DNA of 55,153 nucleotides from Octopus sinensis (taxonomy: Eukaryota): assembly GCF_006345805.1 (NCBI RefSeq), contig NW_021833754.1, positions 1 through 55,153 on the forward strand. The letters are read 5' to 3'. The notes under the pieces were generated by a model. That model worked only from the letters and a program-made list of their open reading frames with translations, was not told the origin of the DNA and searched no databases. The position numbers and the translations under genes are program-made. Within the stretch, counting starts at the first letter, position 1. Every line of letters starts with the position of its first letter. Shown piece by piece: positions 24,087-35,589 of this stretch.

Positions 24087-24146
<60 letters not shown>
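23468..24146. mobile_element. About 560-bp non-coding interspersed element, copy 2, plus long (TTA)n
   Basis: Same ends as copy 1 but many internal differences. Confidence 0.8.
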
Positions 24147-24147
<1 letters not shown>

Positions 24148-24757
24148 CACCATCACCATCACCATCACCATCATCATCACCATCATCATCATCATCATCA
24201 TCATCATCCTCCTCCTCCTCCTCCTCCTCATCATCATCATCATTATTATTATTACTGTTGTTGTTGTTGTTGTTGTTCTTACAATTATTGATGTAACTCT
24301 CGTTTCTATCGCTACATGAAGAAGAAAAAATATGACGGCTGTTTCTCGCAGGTTCAATAACCGTATAGAAGCTGCCCCGTGGGCGTGGTATTGTTCGAAC
24401 AATTATCATTATTGTTGCTCTTGTTCATATTGATGTTGGTCTCGTTTCTGTTGCTGCTATTGATTCTGTTACTAAGTGTACATTTCAATTGATTGTTTTA
24501 TTTATTCATTTTAAACAGTTATTTATCATTACTCACGATAGATCAGCTTTCCAATGAGGGGACCAGGGATTTATTTCGTATCTGTAGTAACAATAAGATC
24601 CTTAGATGCAGGTTAGCATGCAGTTTACGGTCATAAAACAGTCAAAGTAAATTTTCCTAAAAATACTGAAAGTAAATTGAAATAGGAACCGGAAATAATG
24701 ATAATGACCACGTTATTTCATGTACACAATTAATGTGACATAATCAATGTACAGAAC

Positions 24758-24797
<40 letters not shown>

Positions 24798-24814
24798 TTT
24801 TTCTTCTTTAGGCA

Positions 24815-25445
24815 CAAGGCCCGAAATTGTTGGGGAAGGGGCCAGTCGATTAGATCGACCCCAGTACACAACTGGTACTTAATTAATATATCGACCCCGA
24901 AAAGATGAAAGGCAAAGTTGACCTCGGCGGAATTTGAACACAGAACGTAGAAGCAGACGAAGTACCGCTAAGCATTTCGCCCGACGTGCTAACATTTCTT
25001 ATTTCTTTATTACCCACAAGGGGCTAAACATAGAGGAGACAAACAAGGACAGACAGACAAAGGGATTAAGTCGATTACACCGATTCCAGTGCGTAACTGG
25101 TACTTAATTTATCGACCCCGAAAGGATGAAAGGCAAAGTTGACATCGGCGGAATTTGAACGTAAAGACAGACTAAATACCGCTAAGCATTTTGCCCGGCG
25201 TGCTAACGTTTCTTATGTCTTTATTGCCCACAAGGGGCTAAACATAGACGGGACAAACAAGAACAGACAAAGGGATTAAGTCAATTACATCGACCCCAGT
25301 GCGTAACTGGTACTTAATTTATCGATCCCGAAAGGATGGAAGGCAAAGTCAACCTCGACGGAATTTGAACTCAGAACATAACGACAGACGAAATACCGCT
25401 AAGCATTTTGCCCGGCGTGCTAACTTTTCTGCCAACTCGCCGCCT
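24815..25445 (-). mobile_element. Family C SINE trimer
   Basis: Junctions gaaataag|aaayg ttagc-type at about 24999 and 25213. Confidence 0.9.
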
Positions 25446-26044
25446 TGTATATATATATATATTTATTTAATAATATAGCATAAAGAACTGTGCATTTATT
25501 TCATATAAGACGAAAACAATTATACTTCTCAGAGGTGTTCGTTGCTGGGTATAGGACTTGAAGCCCCAATCTATGCTATCACACGCATTTACATGCACGT
25601 ACACACACACAAATCATGTACCTCACTTGTTACTTCTTAAATACTTAACATATCACTAGAAGGTACTATAATTTGGTGCTTGTGGACGTAATGTAATGAG
25701 GGAGTTCTTTATGAAATTTTGGAATGTTACCGCTTCCGGTTTGGATCACAATTTACTTTCACTTTTTCAGGACAATTTACTTTCCCTTTTTTTACGACTG
25801 TAAACTGCATGGTATCCTTGATGTGAACACCAACAGAAGACGCTCCATTGGTAATCACAAAAATCATATTCGAGGCTGTATATGTGATTGAGATGACAAC
25901 ATTCCCCTGAACGGGACACCGGTTCGTTGCAGGGTTAACTTTCCAGTTAGTGGTGGAACTCCTTTACTGCTGGGCAGTGGCCCAGCAACAAAATTTGCTA
26001 AGGGGGTGCAAACCCAGGTCCTAATTTTTTAATGAAAAATGTGG

Positions 26045-26345
26045 ATTTTGCCAATGTTAACATTAAAACAGATGATAACCAGAAGGAACCAAATCACTAA
26101 CATAGGGAGGATGATCTACCAGTTCAAAGCCAGTCACACACAGCGGCCATTGAAACCAAGGACTTATGTGCTGAAGCATTGTCCTAATGAAACAAGACCC
26201 CATTCATCAGTTTTTCTGGGTGTTTGGTCTTTCATAACTGCCTTAGGAAGTTGGTATTGAAATTTTCCATTGATGGTGTGATCCTTTTGAAGATAGCCAA
26301 TAACCACAATATTTTTTGCATTAATGCATAGTATATATAATAATG
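26045..26345 (-). pseudogene. Mariner transposase catalytic-domain remnant
   Basis: Minus strand with stops/frameshifts: IVVIGYLQKDHTING...VLFH*DNASAHKSLVSMAAVCD/GFELVDHPPYVSDLVPSGYHLF, corresponding to the mariner HDNA and HPPYSPDLAPSDY motifs. Confidence 0.88.
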
Positions 26346-26629
26346 TGAAGTATATTTTGCATATTAAAATGTTTAACTTTGGAAATGTATCAATCAGAGC
26401 TAAAATAAGTAGTAAAAATACAAATTGCAAGTATTTCAAAATGTGGGACACTACATGACAAAAACTAACAAAAAAAAAGTAAGAAAATAGTGGTGCTTGT
26501 GTTCCAAAGGTACAATGAGAAGGCGCAGGAGAAGGATAGAGAGATGGGGTAGAGGGAAGGAAGTTAGAAGGAAACAAAAGAATGAAAAGTGAAAAGATAA
26601 ACTGGGGATCTGAAATGAGTACTAGGCAG

Positions 26630-26825
26630 GAAATTGGCCCCTGTGCCGGTGGCACGTAAAAACAGCATCCACTACATTCTCAGAGTGGTTGACGTTAGGA
26701 AGGGCATCCAGCTGTAGAAACACTGCCAGGTCAGAGTGGAGCCTGGTGCAGCCTCCTGGCTTCCCAGGCCCCAGTCGAACCATTCAACCTATTCCAGCAT
26801 GGAAAAAGGACATTAAACAATGATG
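26630..26825 (+). mobile_element. 3' fragment of a SINE/LINE-type repeat (family D)
   Basis: gtgccggtggcacgtaaaa...ggcatccagctgtagaaac...cagcatggaaaaaggacattaaa(tga)-type tail; recognised as a common cephalopod-type repeat from memory, not by search. Confidence 0.5.
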
Positions 26826-27195
26826 TCTTACCTATGCACTGGTCAAGTATAAAAACGATGAGTGATAAAAAATTGGATTGTCTTTTGGTGCCAAAAAAGT
26901 GAAGAAAGAGAGTAGAGAAGGTTAGGGAAGAGCAAGTAGGAAGAAAGAGAGAGTGTGGAGAAATAAGGGAATAAAGATAGACAGTAGATAGTTGTTGGAG
27001 ATGGACAGATGAAGAAATGGAAGGCAGTAAAGAGAGAAAAGCAGCAGATACGTAGAGAGGTAGATAGAGGTGTCCGAATTATAAATTTTTATCTTTAACT
27101 TCCCTGGAACACGTATAAAATGACGTACCTGCATAATTTATACTGTTATTCATGCATAATACATACATACATACATACATACATACATACATACA

Positions 27196-27257
<62 letters not shown>

Positions 27258-28242
27258 CATACGTACGCATGTACACACATACATTAATGCATGCATACAT
27301 ACATACATACATACACTCATACACACATCCATCCATCCATCCATCCATCCATCCATCCATATATACATACATACATACAAGCTGCTTGGTGGCATTTCAT
27401 CTGCCTTTATTTTCTAAGTTCAAATTCCGCCGAGGTTGATGTTGCGTTTCATCCATTTGGGGTCGATAAAATAAGTACCAGTTGAGTACTAGGGTCGATG
27501 TAATCGACTAGCCCAGCCCCTCAAAATTGCTTGCATTATAACAAAATTTGAAATCAATATCAGTGAATCGTATTTCTGTTATACCGTATTTCTAATAACT
27601 GTATTTCTTGCTGTGACAATCAATTTTCATTATCTTGTGTTGTGCAACGCTCCGGACAAAATGCGCAGCGTCATCTCTTCCGGCTGATGACGCACTGAGT
27701 TCAAATTCAGCTGAAGTCCACTCTGCCTTTTAACCTTCAGGGGTCGATAAAATAAAGTATCAGCTGAGCATTGGAGTCTATGTAATTGACTACTATCCTC
27801 CAGCTTAAAATCAAAAAGAATTATCTTCAAAATCGCCAAAATTAACAAGAATTATCTCGGTTTGTTGTAGTTTCATGCTATTTTCCTCCTTTAAATCTGT
27901 TGTTGTTTGTTGTTGTATAACAATGCTTATGTTATCGTTATACACGCTTTACGGCACCAGTGTGGCGCACTACCGCTGTGGTTTTGTTGTTATACACTCG
28001 TATGCTGATAAGCGGATGAAAATTTGACATTCATTTCATCTTCTAGAAGAATTTTTCATTTAGATAATCATGTTCATATCAACAGTGATATAGTCAGCGT
28101 CAGCTTAAAGAGAAAATAAGAAGACATGGGCTTATCATTGATGCAGATTATCGCCTTTTGTTGAATAATGTATTATAGTCTTTCGACAAGATTTACTAAC
28201 CATCGAGCGTTGAAGTTATCTAGGGACCAAAATATGCATATA

Positions 28243-28523
28243 TGAGTCAAAGTATGAGTCAAAATATGAGTCAAATATATGAGTCAACGTATGAAACTGC
28301 AGAGATAATATTAAAGAAAACTCGTGGAATGTTCTCGTTAAAGCTTCTGTAAAATCTAATCATAACAGACTAGCAGGAATATTTGGCAGGAATATTGGTA
28401 GTATCAAATATAAACACACTGCCTTGGTATCGAATCCGAACCTTTGTGCTCAGATGTACAAATAGCAATAACTGAAACAGAATGTTGTCGAGGATTGATT
28501 ACGTCAGTAAAGAACTGACCAAT
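28243..28523. promoter_or_regulatory. bZIP/NF-Y motif cluster: 4x TGAGTCA (AP-1), TTACGTCA (CRE-like), GACCAATCA (CCAAT box)
   Basis: TGAGTCA at 28243, 28255, 28267 and 28280; TTACGTCA 28499-28506; CCAAT 28519-28523; all in a TE-free stretch. Confidence 0.45.
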
Positions 28524-29418
28524 CAAAGCTGTAAGTCCAGCAGGTGTTTAACTCATTAAATGTCAGTATTGTAAACAATATATGGAATTGTTATTAACAA
28601 TTTCATCTTTTGGTGCTTTTTTCTTTGAAAGGCATCAGCTTTATATAATGCGTCTATCTACAATGACCGCTGCTCAGTTAAGACCGACGGCTGCCGCATC
28701 TACGCCATACAGCATAGATGACGAAGTCGACGACGGCTGAGGTCATGACACAGCTTAATCCAGGAAGCTGCTAGAATCTACACCACTCAGGGCTACTGTT
28801 CTTATTGACATGCAACCTCTCATACAAAATGTCGACCTGCCATCACTGTGACTTCATGTTTTTTTTTTCTATCGTCACCAATCGGGAATGTCTTATCGTT
28901 TACAAGACCAGGCATAGTGAAAATCAGTTGTGGTAAGTTAAAAAGAAAACTTCAATGACGTACTAACAAGAAATTTGCCGATACAACACAGGGACATAAC
29001 TTTGGATGTGTGAAATAATTGGCGTATCTGGCTAGTAACTGACTTAGCAACAGTCTTGAGAAACTAGAATTTGTAATATTGGGAAGCATAAGTGTATATG
29101 TATGAGTGTATGTTTGTAAAGCATAATTAACTTGTGTTGAGAGTTATACCGCGCTGATTACCAAGACGTATGAAATACTGGTACTTGGGTTAACAGGACC
29201 ACAAAAAAATAAGGATTCTATTTTGTAAAGAAAAAAATAATAAAATCGAAATAAAAAGATAAGAAAGAATTAAAAGATGTTTAAGTTAAGAATTATATAT
29301 ACAGGGTCTTCAAACTTGTCTGAAAAGAGATTCTCCCGCCTCTGATGACATATTTCCTGCGACCAGCAATGTGTAGCAACATCTGATAGCCTGGTCGGTC
29401 ATGTGATATATATATATA

Positions 29419-29615
29419 CTTTATTTAAAAGCAGCAGAAATATAACAAAGTCTGTTACTCAGAGTTAACAAAACCGTCGACGAACGGAAACGTGAAACTC
29501 TGAGTAACAGCTTTTGTTATATTTCTGCTGCTTTTAAATAAAGCATATTACTTTACCTCTGGTATTTGAGTACTCTTTTTTCCACCTTGTTTCACATTTA
29601 TGTGCTTATTCCGGT
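29419..29615 (+). mobile_element. Penelope pseudo-LTR remnant with short inverted copy, inside (TA)n
   Basis: Arms 29419-29466 and 29496-29543. The tail gcatattac...ggtatttgagtactcttttttccaccttgtttc matches 45527-45600. Confidence 0.85.
29466..29520 (+). ncRNA. Type I hammerhead motif with U4 deleted (probably inactive)
   Basis: aacaaaaccgt C-GACGA ACGgaaaCGT GAAA ctctgag TA acagcttttgtt; same family as 45446-45500. Confidence 0.65.
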
Positions 29616-30224
29616 ATATATATATATATATATATATCGATTTCTGTTATGTTCTGATACCTGAAGGTGTGTAGGCGTTTTCCTATGGCGCAACGAATGC
29701 ATAATCTATAAACTGCATAGCCACAGAAACATATGAAGTTCAGATTGAACTCGTATCGTCCAGTCCTATAACTTTTTGTAAATATGCATGTGTGTGTATC
29801 TATGTGCCTATATGAGCGTATATATATATCGCAGTAATTTTTGTTTATGTTTATCGAAGTGTATTATATTATATGTGTATCTATATGTATGCAATTCGAT
29901 ATTTAAACGCTTTCCCCAGAAAGATGCTTTTCATATAATGGCTCTGATGAAGCTGTAAAATATTGCTTTGACAGTCAACTCTGAGTGCACGGCTCCTTAC
30001 AACCAAAACATCGGTAAGCTAATGAATGTGATTACGTAACTCATATTATTTCATTAATTTTTTTATTAATTAATATTACTTTGTATATTGACCTTTTTGG
30101 ATCATATAAGTGTCCGGGGACGTGGACGCCAGAGAATGTCCACTCCTTGCTACCGGAGTATGGTAGTGTGTGCACTATAGGTATAAGTGCATCATGCACT
30201 TTTATGGCAAAGCAGAAACACACA

Positions 30225-30264
<40 letters not shown>

Positions 30265-30472
30265 CACGCACGCACACACACAGATACAAAAACACTCATG
30301 CACGCATGCACACAGACACAGACACACAAACACATATATCTTTGTCTCTCTGTGTATGAGTATGTACGCAATTATATAACATACATAATATATATATTAT
30401 ATATTCATAGGAAATATATAAATGTAGATATATGTATATTTATGGTTATATAATTATATATAATTATATATT

Positions 30473-30609
<137 letters not shown>

Positions 30610-30684
30610 TATATATTATATATAATATATATATAATAATATATATATATATATATATAGTATATATATATATATATATATATG

Positions 30685-30995
30685 AAGGCGCATGGCTCAG
30701 TGGTAGAGCGTTGGGCTTACAATTATGAGGTTGTGAGTTCGATTCCCGGACCAGGTTGTGTATTGTGTACATAATGTTCCAGCTCACTCATCTGTAGAAA
30801 TGAGTTGCGACATCAATGGTACCAAGTGATATTGTCCTTCACCTTTCTTTCGGGTAACATCGATGGTGTGGAGAGGGGAGGCTGGTATGCATGGGTAACT
30901 GCTGATCTTCCGCAAACAACCTTGCTCGGACTGGCGCTTCGAGGGTGGGGAAGTTTCTAGGTGCAATCCTATGGTCGTTCGTGAGCAAAGGAGGC
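30685..30995 (+). mobile_element. tRNA-derived SINE, family A (long tail)
   Basis: Matches 1805-2130. Confidence 0.9.
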
Positions 30996-31403
30996 TTTAC
31001 TCTATCTATCATCTCTCTATATATAAACGGCAAAATGTCTGTGTGTGTGTGTGTGTCCTTTATACAAATCCACAATTTTTTAGGGCTCACACTTTCTATG
31101 GTTATTCAAAACCGTCCAAGGGTGGTCGTGCACATCTTTACATTTCCCCAGTCTCCCCGCATAGTCATTAAAAAATTAATGGAAGTGACTTTTTTGTGAA
31201 TTTTCTATCCAAAACCCAATCAAAATGTCCGAAACTTGATACGCCAATTGAATGCCAGCTAGCCGTATGTGATTGGTCGGAAATTTGGACAGTACTCGCG
31301 TGTATGTGCGCACGCACGCACGCAGCTGTATATGCATGCACTAGCACTATGACCTGGCGTTGCCGGGTCATACTGCTAGTTATTATTATTGTTATTATTG
31401 TTG

Positions 31404-31479
<76 letters not shown>

Positions 31480-31839
31480 CATTACTATTATCATTATTAT
31501 TATTATTATTATTATTCTATGTTTGACTTTTGCTTTATGTCTGTACAAGTTGGCTCCAAGTCTCACCCAGAGACCTCAAGAGACAACAGGTTGGAAGTTC
31601 TGTGCCATATATTTGGTTTTTTTTTTTTTTTTCGGTGTTGTACTAGTGAATGTCTAATACATAAAAAAAATAAATAAAATAAAATAAATAAAATAAATAA
31701 ATAAATAAAATAAAAAAAAGTTTGTTTTAAACCTTGGGATTACATAGAGAGTATTTTGCGTAGGATATGAGCAGTTCCCATGAGCACTATCTTTTGAATT
31801 TCTGCCATTTTGGGGTTTCCTGGTATCTGAGTTAGGTAG

Positions 31840-31890
<51 letters not shown>

Positions 31891-31900
31891 TACTCACCTG
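31891..31900 (-). other. Consensus 5' splice site (CAG|GTGAGTA) in the VWA5A-like 3'UTR
   Basis: Plus-strand tactcacctg; GT at 31897-31896, 297 nt 3' of the stop codon. Confidence 0.4.
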
Positions 31901-32194
31901 AATATTAATAGGAGTAATTTCTAAGGCGATAAATAAAGCTCAACAAAACATAAAAAATATATCCGAAAGAAAGCCATACTGCAATTTCCTCAAAAATAGC
32001 ATCTAACACTATTATCATAATGGTATTTTTTTTGTGATTCAAGCTTTCAATTATTTTCAGGTAAGCTACTGAGTCGATGACTAAATTTTTTTTAAATGAT
32101 GAAGTTTTGAGTATCGGAAATTCAAACACTTTTTTCCGCGATTGTAAAAAATGCAATTAGAACCGCTAGAAGTTTACGTTTAACGAAACCTCAT

Positions 32195-34345
32195 TTATGA
32201 ATATATTTTTGTTTTCAAAATGCGTGATGCTTCAGTCATTATTTGGTCAAGACTAATAACTTGTGTATCCTGTAACTTTAACCAACGTATAGCCTTAGCT
32301 ACAATTAAATCCCATTCACTCTTTTGTGAAGTTAATTTTTCTGTCAAGAAAACAACTGCAAGAGATGTAGCCCAGAGGTTATCGTTTACAGCTGGTTTTC
32401 TCTGTTTAAGATGATCGAGTGATTCTTTCAAAACGGTTGCTAAAAACTCATTTAGTTCCCAATATCCAGAAAAGTTTTGTAGGAGAAGCAATGACTTAAG
32501 TCTGTCTTTACTTTCGAAATTGAATTTTGTTTTATCAATTTTACTAGGTTCTTGGAATTTTTCCGCATCAAAAGTTTTTGACATGGTCTCACGAGCTGTA
32601 ACATTAACTTTGTAAGATTTCTCCGCTCCGATAAAACTTGTGTACCTTGAAACCAAGTTAGCAAGCGTGGCCAAATCAATAATCTCGGATTTTGTATTAT
32701 CACCTTGACCCAACTCCTCTTTTAATTCCAGTTCCTGTATTTTCCTTCTCACACAAAGACGGTGTATCTGCATTTCTTCATCACACTGGTTCTTTATCAC
32801 ATTTGTTTCGAAGTCAAGGGAAAAATCCGATTCGCCGACTTTACCAGAAAGATTGAGTCTAACTCTCTGGCAAGTCGACTCAGTTTTCTCAAAAACTAGA
32901 TAAATAATTAGTGATTCTTCGGTGAAAATACACGGTATATTTTCTGGAACTGTAATGTAGGATAATTCTTTATTGCTTTCAGCATCTTTAGCGGATATAC
33001 GAACTGAAGATACAAATGGTTGCATTGACAATTTCAATAAACGCATAACTTTTGCCTTAAGGTTGTCATTTGTCATCACAAACTCTGCTTGACCTCTTCC
33101 CGCACGGGCGATACCTTTAACCAATTCTGTAGAAGCTCCAGAACCTATACCAATCGTGAAATATCGAGTGTTATAAGCTTGTGACTTAACCGATTGAATT
33201 ATTTCGTTCGTATTGTAGACTTCCCCATCCGTCATCAGGAATACTTGGCGATAAAACCCATGGGAAGATTGTTTAGCGGAGAGTGATTTAATAGCACTGA
33301 GCATTTCAGTTCCACCAGCTGCATAAAGATTGTTATGGAATTTCAATGCTTCATTTAGAGAATCTTCATTGTATTCTCTGCTTCCATCCTTGAACAAGAC
33401 TTCTAAGTAATTATTAAAGGCTACAAGGTTAAATGAACAACCCAACGGTAGACTTTTCAGGAAAAGCAACAAAGTATCTTTTGCTGCTTCCATTTTCTCT
33501 CCACTCATGCTTCCTGAGTGGTCAATGATAAAAATGTAGTCATTACGTGGAAGAGCTTTCACTTGGGGAAGTTTAGGAAATAAATTTATCATCATAATAT
33601 CTTTAGAAAGCATTTCTCTAGCATTTCCATCACCTTTCTCCATAATCACTTGTGGTTTCTCTACGTCTTCATAGTACACAAGGAAAAGAATGTCTCTCTC
33701 GAAATTTAACTTCTCCGTCAATCTCACAGTAGCATGACACTTATTTTCCTGATATTCCATCTTAATTGGATGTTCAGACTTTACGTCTTTGATTTGTGAT
33801 TTCCATTTGATGGTGGCGTTAAAACTAAACTCTCTTGGTTTTGGTGCATTTTGATAACGTTCGTCTTTAGGAATAATACCATATCTGGGATTAAGAACAA
33901 ACGGCATATAGAACTTCACTGCTCCATCAGCTTCACAGGAAAGCTCAGAAACAAGGCATATTTGTAAAGAGATCTTTTGCTTCGGTGGAATATTACCCAA
34001 ATTATACTCAAAGATATCTCCAGACGTGCTTGTCTCCCGCAACAAAATGGCCGACATCCCCTTTTCTACAGCTTCTTTGTACTCTTTCTGGGCGACATCT
34101 TTGTCTTTAGATTTGGCAATTAAATGGACATCACCAATTTTAGCTTCGAATCTATATACGGCACTGTCCTCTTCCACGGGGAAAACAAACTTAGCTTCTG
34201 TGTTGTGTTGGCTTTCATTTATATATTCAGCCTCGATGTTGACGTGTGCAGTAAATCCGTTGATGGAAACATTGTGTGTAGCGTAGAGAAGAGAAACATC
34301 TGTTTTCTTTTCACAAATAATTCCAAATACAATCACTTGCGCCAT
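32195..34345 (-). CDS. VWA5A: von Willebrand factor A domain-containing protein 5A-like (VIT + vWA + C-terminal helical domain), 716 aa, single coding exon
   Basis: Uninterrupted ORF. VIT motif (EAKFVFPVEEDSAVYRFEAKIG...AQKEYKEAV...DIFEYNLGNIPP); vWA MIDAS DHSGS, GGTEM, TDGEV; C-terminal LQNFSGYWEL...WATSLAV...EWDLIVAKAIRWL. Acceptor tttttgttttatag| at 34359/34358 puts the start at AAGAAATGG (34345). Confidence 0.92.
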   Translation of the reverse strand: MAQVIVFGIICEKKTDVSLLYATHNVSINGFTAHVNIEAEYINESQHNTEAKFVFPVEEDSAVYRFEAKIGDVHLIAKSKDKDVAQKEYKEAVEKGMSAILLRETSTSGDIFEYNLGNIPPKQKISLQICLVSELSCEADGAVKFYMPFVLNPRYGIIPKDERYQNAPKPREFSFNATIKWKSQIKDVKSEHPIKMEYQENKCHATVRLTEKLNFERDILFLVYYEDVEKPQVIMEKGDGNAREMLSKDIMMINLFPKLPQVKALPRNDYIFIIDHSGSMSGEKMEAAKDTLLLFLKSLPLGCSFNLVAFNNYLEVLFKDGSREYNEDSLNEALKFHNNLYAAGGTEMLSAIKSLSAKQSSHGFYRQVFLMTDGEVYNTNEIIQSVKSQAYNTRYFTIGIGSGASTELVKGIARAGRGQAEFVMTNDNLKAKVMRLLKLSMQPFVSSVRISAKDAESNKELSYITVPENIPCIFTEESLIIYLVFEKTESTCQRVRLNLSGKVGESDFSLDFETNVIKNQCDEEMQIHRLCVRRKIQELELKEELGQGDNTKSEIIDLATLANLVSRYTSFIGAEKSYKVNVTARETMSKTFDAEKFQEPSKIDKTKFNFESKDRLKSLLLLQNFSGYWELNEFLATVLKESLDHLKQRKPAVNDNLWATSLAVVFLTEKLTSQKSEWDLIVAKAIRWLKLQDTQVISLDQIMTEASRILKTKIYS

Positions 34346-34499
34346 TTCTTTAGAGTTTCTATAAAACAAAAACGACACATTAAATAGACATTTTACCAAA
34401 TAAATATCTCTTGTTTAATAATATATAGCAAAATTAATTAAAACAACTATCTTTCTAATAAGGAGGACTTTGTTGATAATAAGATAATAACAGTTTCAA

Positions 34500-35232
34500 A
34501 TTTTGGCACAAGGCCAGCAATTTCCTGTAAGGATTAAGTCGATTACTTCGACCCCTGATATTTGTTTCACTGGGACTGAAAGGATGAAAAGCTAAGTCGA
34601 TCTCTGTGGTATTTGGACTCGGAACGTTCAAACGGACGAAACGCTGTTACGCATTTTCTCCGGCGTGCTAACAATACAGCCAGCTCGTCGCCTTCTTATT
34701 AATCTTTATTACTCATAGGCAAAAAGCCTAAAATTTTGAAGGAGGAGGCAAATCGACCCCAGTGTTCAACTGGTACTTATTTAATCGATTCCAAAAGGGC
34801 GAATGGCAAAGTCGACCGCGGCAGTATTTGAACACAGAACGTAAAGCCAGAAGAAATGCTGCTATGTACTCTGTCCAGTGCAGTAACGATTCGATCAGCT
34901 TGTCACCAATAATAATAATAATAATAATAATAGCGGTTTCAAATTCTTCCAGAAGGGCGGCCATTTTGGGGGAGGAAATGAGTCGATTAGATCGACCCTA
35001 GTGTTTCACTGGTATTTAATATACCGACCCCAAAAGGGGGAAAGTCGACCTTGGCAGAATTTGAACTCAGAACGTAGCGATGTGCGAAATACCGCTAAGC
35101 GTTTCGCCCGGCATGCTAACGATTCTGCCAGCTCGCGGCCTTCCTGATAATGCTAATAATAATAAATATTAATCGAAGCAAGTGAGACCGCGAGCTCTGA
35201 GAAGTAAACTACTACTACTACTACTACTACTA

Positions 35233-35263
<31 letters not shown>

Positions 35264-35486
35264 TACTACTACTGATTTCAAATTTTGGTACAAGGCCAGC
35301 ACTTTCGGAGGAATGGGGAAGCCAATTATATCAACCCTAGTGTTCAACTGGTACTTATTTTACTGACCCCGAAAGAATGAAAGGCAAAATCGACCTCGGC
35401 AGATTTTGAACTCAGAACGTAAAGACGGACGAAGTGCCGCAAAGCATTTTGTCCGGCGCGGTAACAGTTCTGCCAGGTCGCCGTCT

Positions 35487-35487
<1 letters not shown>
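34500..35487 (-). mobile_element. Cluster of four family C SINE copies with (TAA)n/(CTA)n/(TGA)n spacers
   Basis: Copies at about 34500-34695, 34725-34900, 34935-35142 and 35275-35487. Confidence 0.85.
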
Positions 35488-35524
<37 letters not shown>

Positions 35525-35589
35525 TTGACAAGAATCCTTTCTATTAAATCGATTCCAAAAGGTCGAATGGCAAAGTCGACACACATACA

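Noticed and set aside
23971-24409. Poly-I/M/N/D ORFs (also 31168-31677)
   Set aside because: (TTA)n/(TCA)n/(TCC)n microsatellites.
25750-25890. Minus-strand exon-like unique sequence (MIFVITNGASSVGVHIKDTMQFTVVKKGK|gtaaat)
   Set aside because: No recognisable domain or phase-linked partner exons; cannot be supported from sequence alone.
29945-29995. CTGATGA...ctctgagt hammerhead-like remnant (similar weak case GAAACATGTT near 7128)
   Set aside because: GAAA or CUGAnGA core missing and helix I does not pair; not counted as ribozymes.
34346-34399. N-terminal 18 codons (MVKCLFNVSFLFYRNSKE) of the 734-aa track ORF
   Set aside because: They span a polypyrimidine tract and AG acceptor; the start is a TTG, whereas ATG at 34345 has good context and coincides with the VIT domain start.
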